DNA of 15,840 nucleotides, from positions 64,001-79,840 of IMG/VR virus record IMGVR_UViG_3300023174_000136; one strand, 5' to 3'. The notes beneath the pieces are model-generated. The model did not search any database. It was not told the origin of the DNA and saw only the letters and a program-made list of their open reading frames with translations. Every line of letters starts with the position of its first letter. The first letter of the stretch is position 1. The position numbers and the translations under genes are program-made. Of this stretch, positions 14,649 through 15,840 are shown in pieces. Origin of the DNA: a virus. Taxonomy: Duplodnaviria; Heunggongvirae; Uroviricota; Caudoviricetes.

Positions 14649-15132
14649 TATTACAGAAATTGCTGATTTGCCCTATGAATACAAACAGGGATCAGACAAC
14701 AGAAAGTATTATTTTACGACCAAGGCAGGTAATACTTACGTAGTTACCATAAATGGAAATAAAGAACTTTACATCGAGTTTGCTTGGAAAGACTCCTACG
14801 GCAGAGAAGTGAATACTGTAAGTAATACCGGTGATGCTTTTAGAGTTTTTGCAACCGTTGCTAAAATTATAAGAAACAAAATTAATCAAGCAAACCCAGA
14901 TTCTATTCAATTTAGCAGTTTTAAAGATGAACCGAGTCGGATAAAATTGTATAGTAGATTATTAGATAAACTTGATAATGAATTACCTGACTATCAAAAA
15001 GCACCCATATCTGATAAACTTGGTGTTACCTCCGTTGTATTTTCACTGTGGAGAAATGGTTATGATCCTAGAGGCACACTAAAGGCTCAAACATTGAAGA
15101 AATTACAAACTAAAAAGATCCTAGGTCGATAA
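14632..15132 (+). CDS. hypothetical protein, paralog A of a tandem pair (MRINEL... family)
   Basis: 166-aa ORF starting 4 nt after ATAAATA. Shares YYFTT, NGNK, GD-x-x-x-VF-x-TV and EPSR-x-x-LY with the downstream gene. Confidence 0.8.
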   Translation: MRINELITEIADLPYEYKQGSDNRKYYFTTKAGNTYVVTINGNKELYIEFAWKDSYGREVNTVSNTGDAFRVFATVAKIIRNKINQANPDSIQFSSFKDEPSRIKLYSRLLDKLDNELPDYQKAPISDKLGVTSVVFSLWRNGYDPRGTLKAQTLKKLQTKKILGR

Positions 15133-15171
15133 AAGTCCATCGCATAAATACAAGATGCGTATTAACGAACT
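15127..15171 (+). repeat. 45-bp direct repeat copy B
   Basis: CGATAAAAGTCCATCGCATAAATACAAGATGCGTATTAACGAACT. Contains the TAA stop of paralog A. Confidence 0.9.
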
Positions 15172-15840
15172 CTTTGAAGCACTTGACAGTTCATATCCAT
15201 ATGAACTTAAAAATAACAATTATTACTTTACTACCGATGCTGGAGAACAGTATAAGGTTACATTTAACGGTAATAAAAAAGTTGAAGTTCACTTTATGGC
15301 CAGGGGTGAAAATGATCAAATTAAAGATTATATAACAGGCTCTGGAGATTCGCGTAAAGTATTCGGTACAGTTATTAATATAGTCAAAGAGTATACAAGC
15401 CAGCACAATCCAGAAATTTTAGTATTCGCTGCTAATAATGCTGAACCCAGTCGTGTTAGATTATACAACGCATTAGCTTCACAAGCTAGTCGAGCATTGC
15501 CTGGTTATACTTTTGCAAAAACATTGAAACTTTCAATGTTCACTACATTCTACTTGACACGAGATAACATTAAAGTTCCCAAAATGGATGTTACAAAACA
15601 TGCAGTTCAAAAAACTTTGGACAAAGTTTTTGAAGAACCTCTAGATGAACTTACATTTCATGGCAGTCAATGTACTAAAGATTGCAGTGGACATAAAGCT
15701 GGGTATGAATGGAATAAAAAACGAGCAGGTGTTGCTCCGTGCGATGGATCTAGTCAAAGTTTCAATAATGGATGCAATATTGCCACGGATCCAAAAGTAA
15801 CTCGGCCTAAGATACGCAACTCTCAGGGAAAATTTGCAGC
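15155..15840 (+). CDS. hypothetical protein, paralog B with added Cys-rich domain (3' truncated by the window edge)
   Basis: Hand-translated, open for 228 codons to the window end: MRINELFEALDSSYPYEL...CTKDCSGHKAGYEW...C...SQSFNNGC. Absent from the ORF track, presumably because no stop lies in the window. Confidence 0.85.
   Translation, partial: MRINELFEALDSSYPYELKNNNYYFTTDAGEQYKVTFNGNKKVEVHFMARGENDQIKDYITGSGDSRKVFGTVINIVKEYTSQHNPEILVFAANNAEPSRVRLYNALASQASRALPGYTFAKTLKLSMFTTFYLTRDNIKVPKMDVTKHAVQKTLDKVFEEPLDELTFHGSQCTKDCSGHKAGYEWNKKRAGVAPCDGSSQSFNNGCNIATDPKVTRPKIRNSQGKFA

Noticed and set aside
305-15406. Minus-strand and alternative-frame ORFs in the supplied track (e.g. 773-1129, 6140-6691, 7867-8217, 13675-14061)
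   Set aside because: All are nested in or antisense to well-supported + strand genes and show no recognisable motifs.
1-15840. Genetic code 15 (TAG reassigned) for this window
   Set aside because: No gene is interrupted by TAG, all gaps are explained by short code-11 ORFs or RNA elements, and the three terminal TAGs give no meaningful fusion on readthrough.

Overview
A 15.8-kb, AT-rich, gene-dense window with all credible genes on the + strand. It most likely comes from a large (jumbo, T4-like) phage. The host is probably an alphaproteobacterium, inferred from a sphingomonad-style outer-membrane beta-barrel gene. Contents: (i) an NAD+ salvage pair, NadM-Nudix (255-1331) and NAMPT/NadV (6116-7483), each with its own sigma70 promoter and the same ATAGA-loop leader hairpin; (ii) between them, a macrodomain gene, small hypothetical genes and a restriction-modification-like cassette (HinP1I/MspI-like nuclease plus an SPPY amino-methyltransferase); (iii) a promoter-driven tandem pair of structured non-coding elements with covarying closing stems, upstream of the OMP and DUF3307 genes; (iv) an overlapping-gene operon with a membrane coiled-coil protein, ClpX and ribosomal protein bS21; (v) two tRNAs that both present a CUA (amber) anticodon, although the window shows no sign of TAG recoding; (vi) ATAAATA-type late promoters 4-5 nt before start codons, and a tandem paralog pair sharing a 45-bp repeat. 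All calls come from reading the sequence by eye. No database search or folding program was run.
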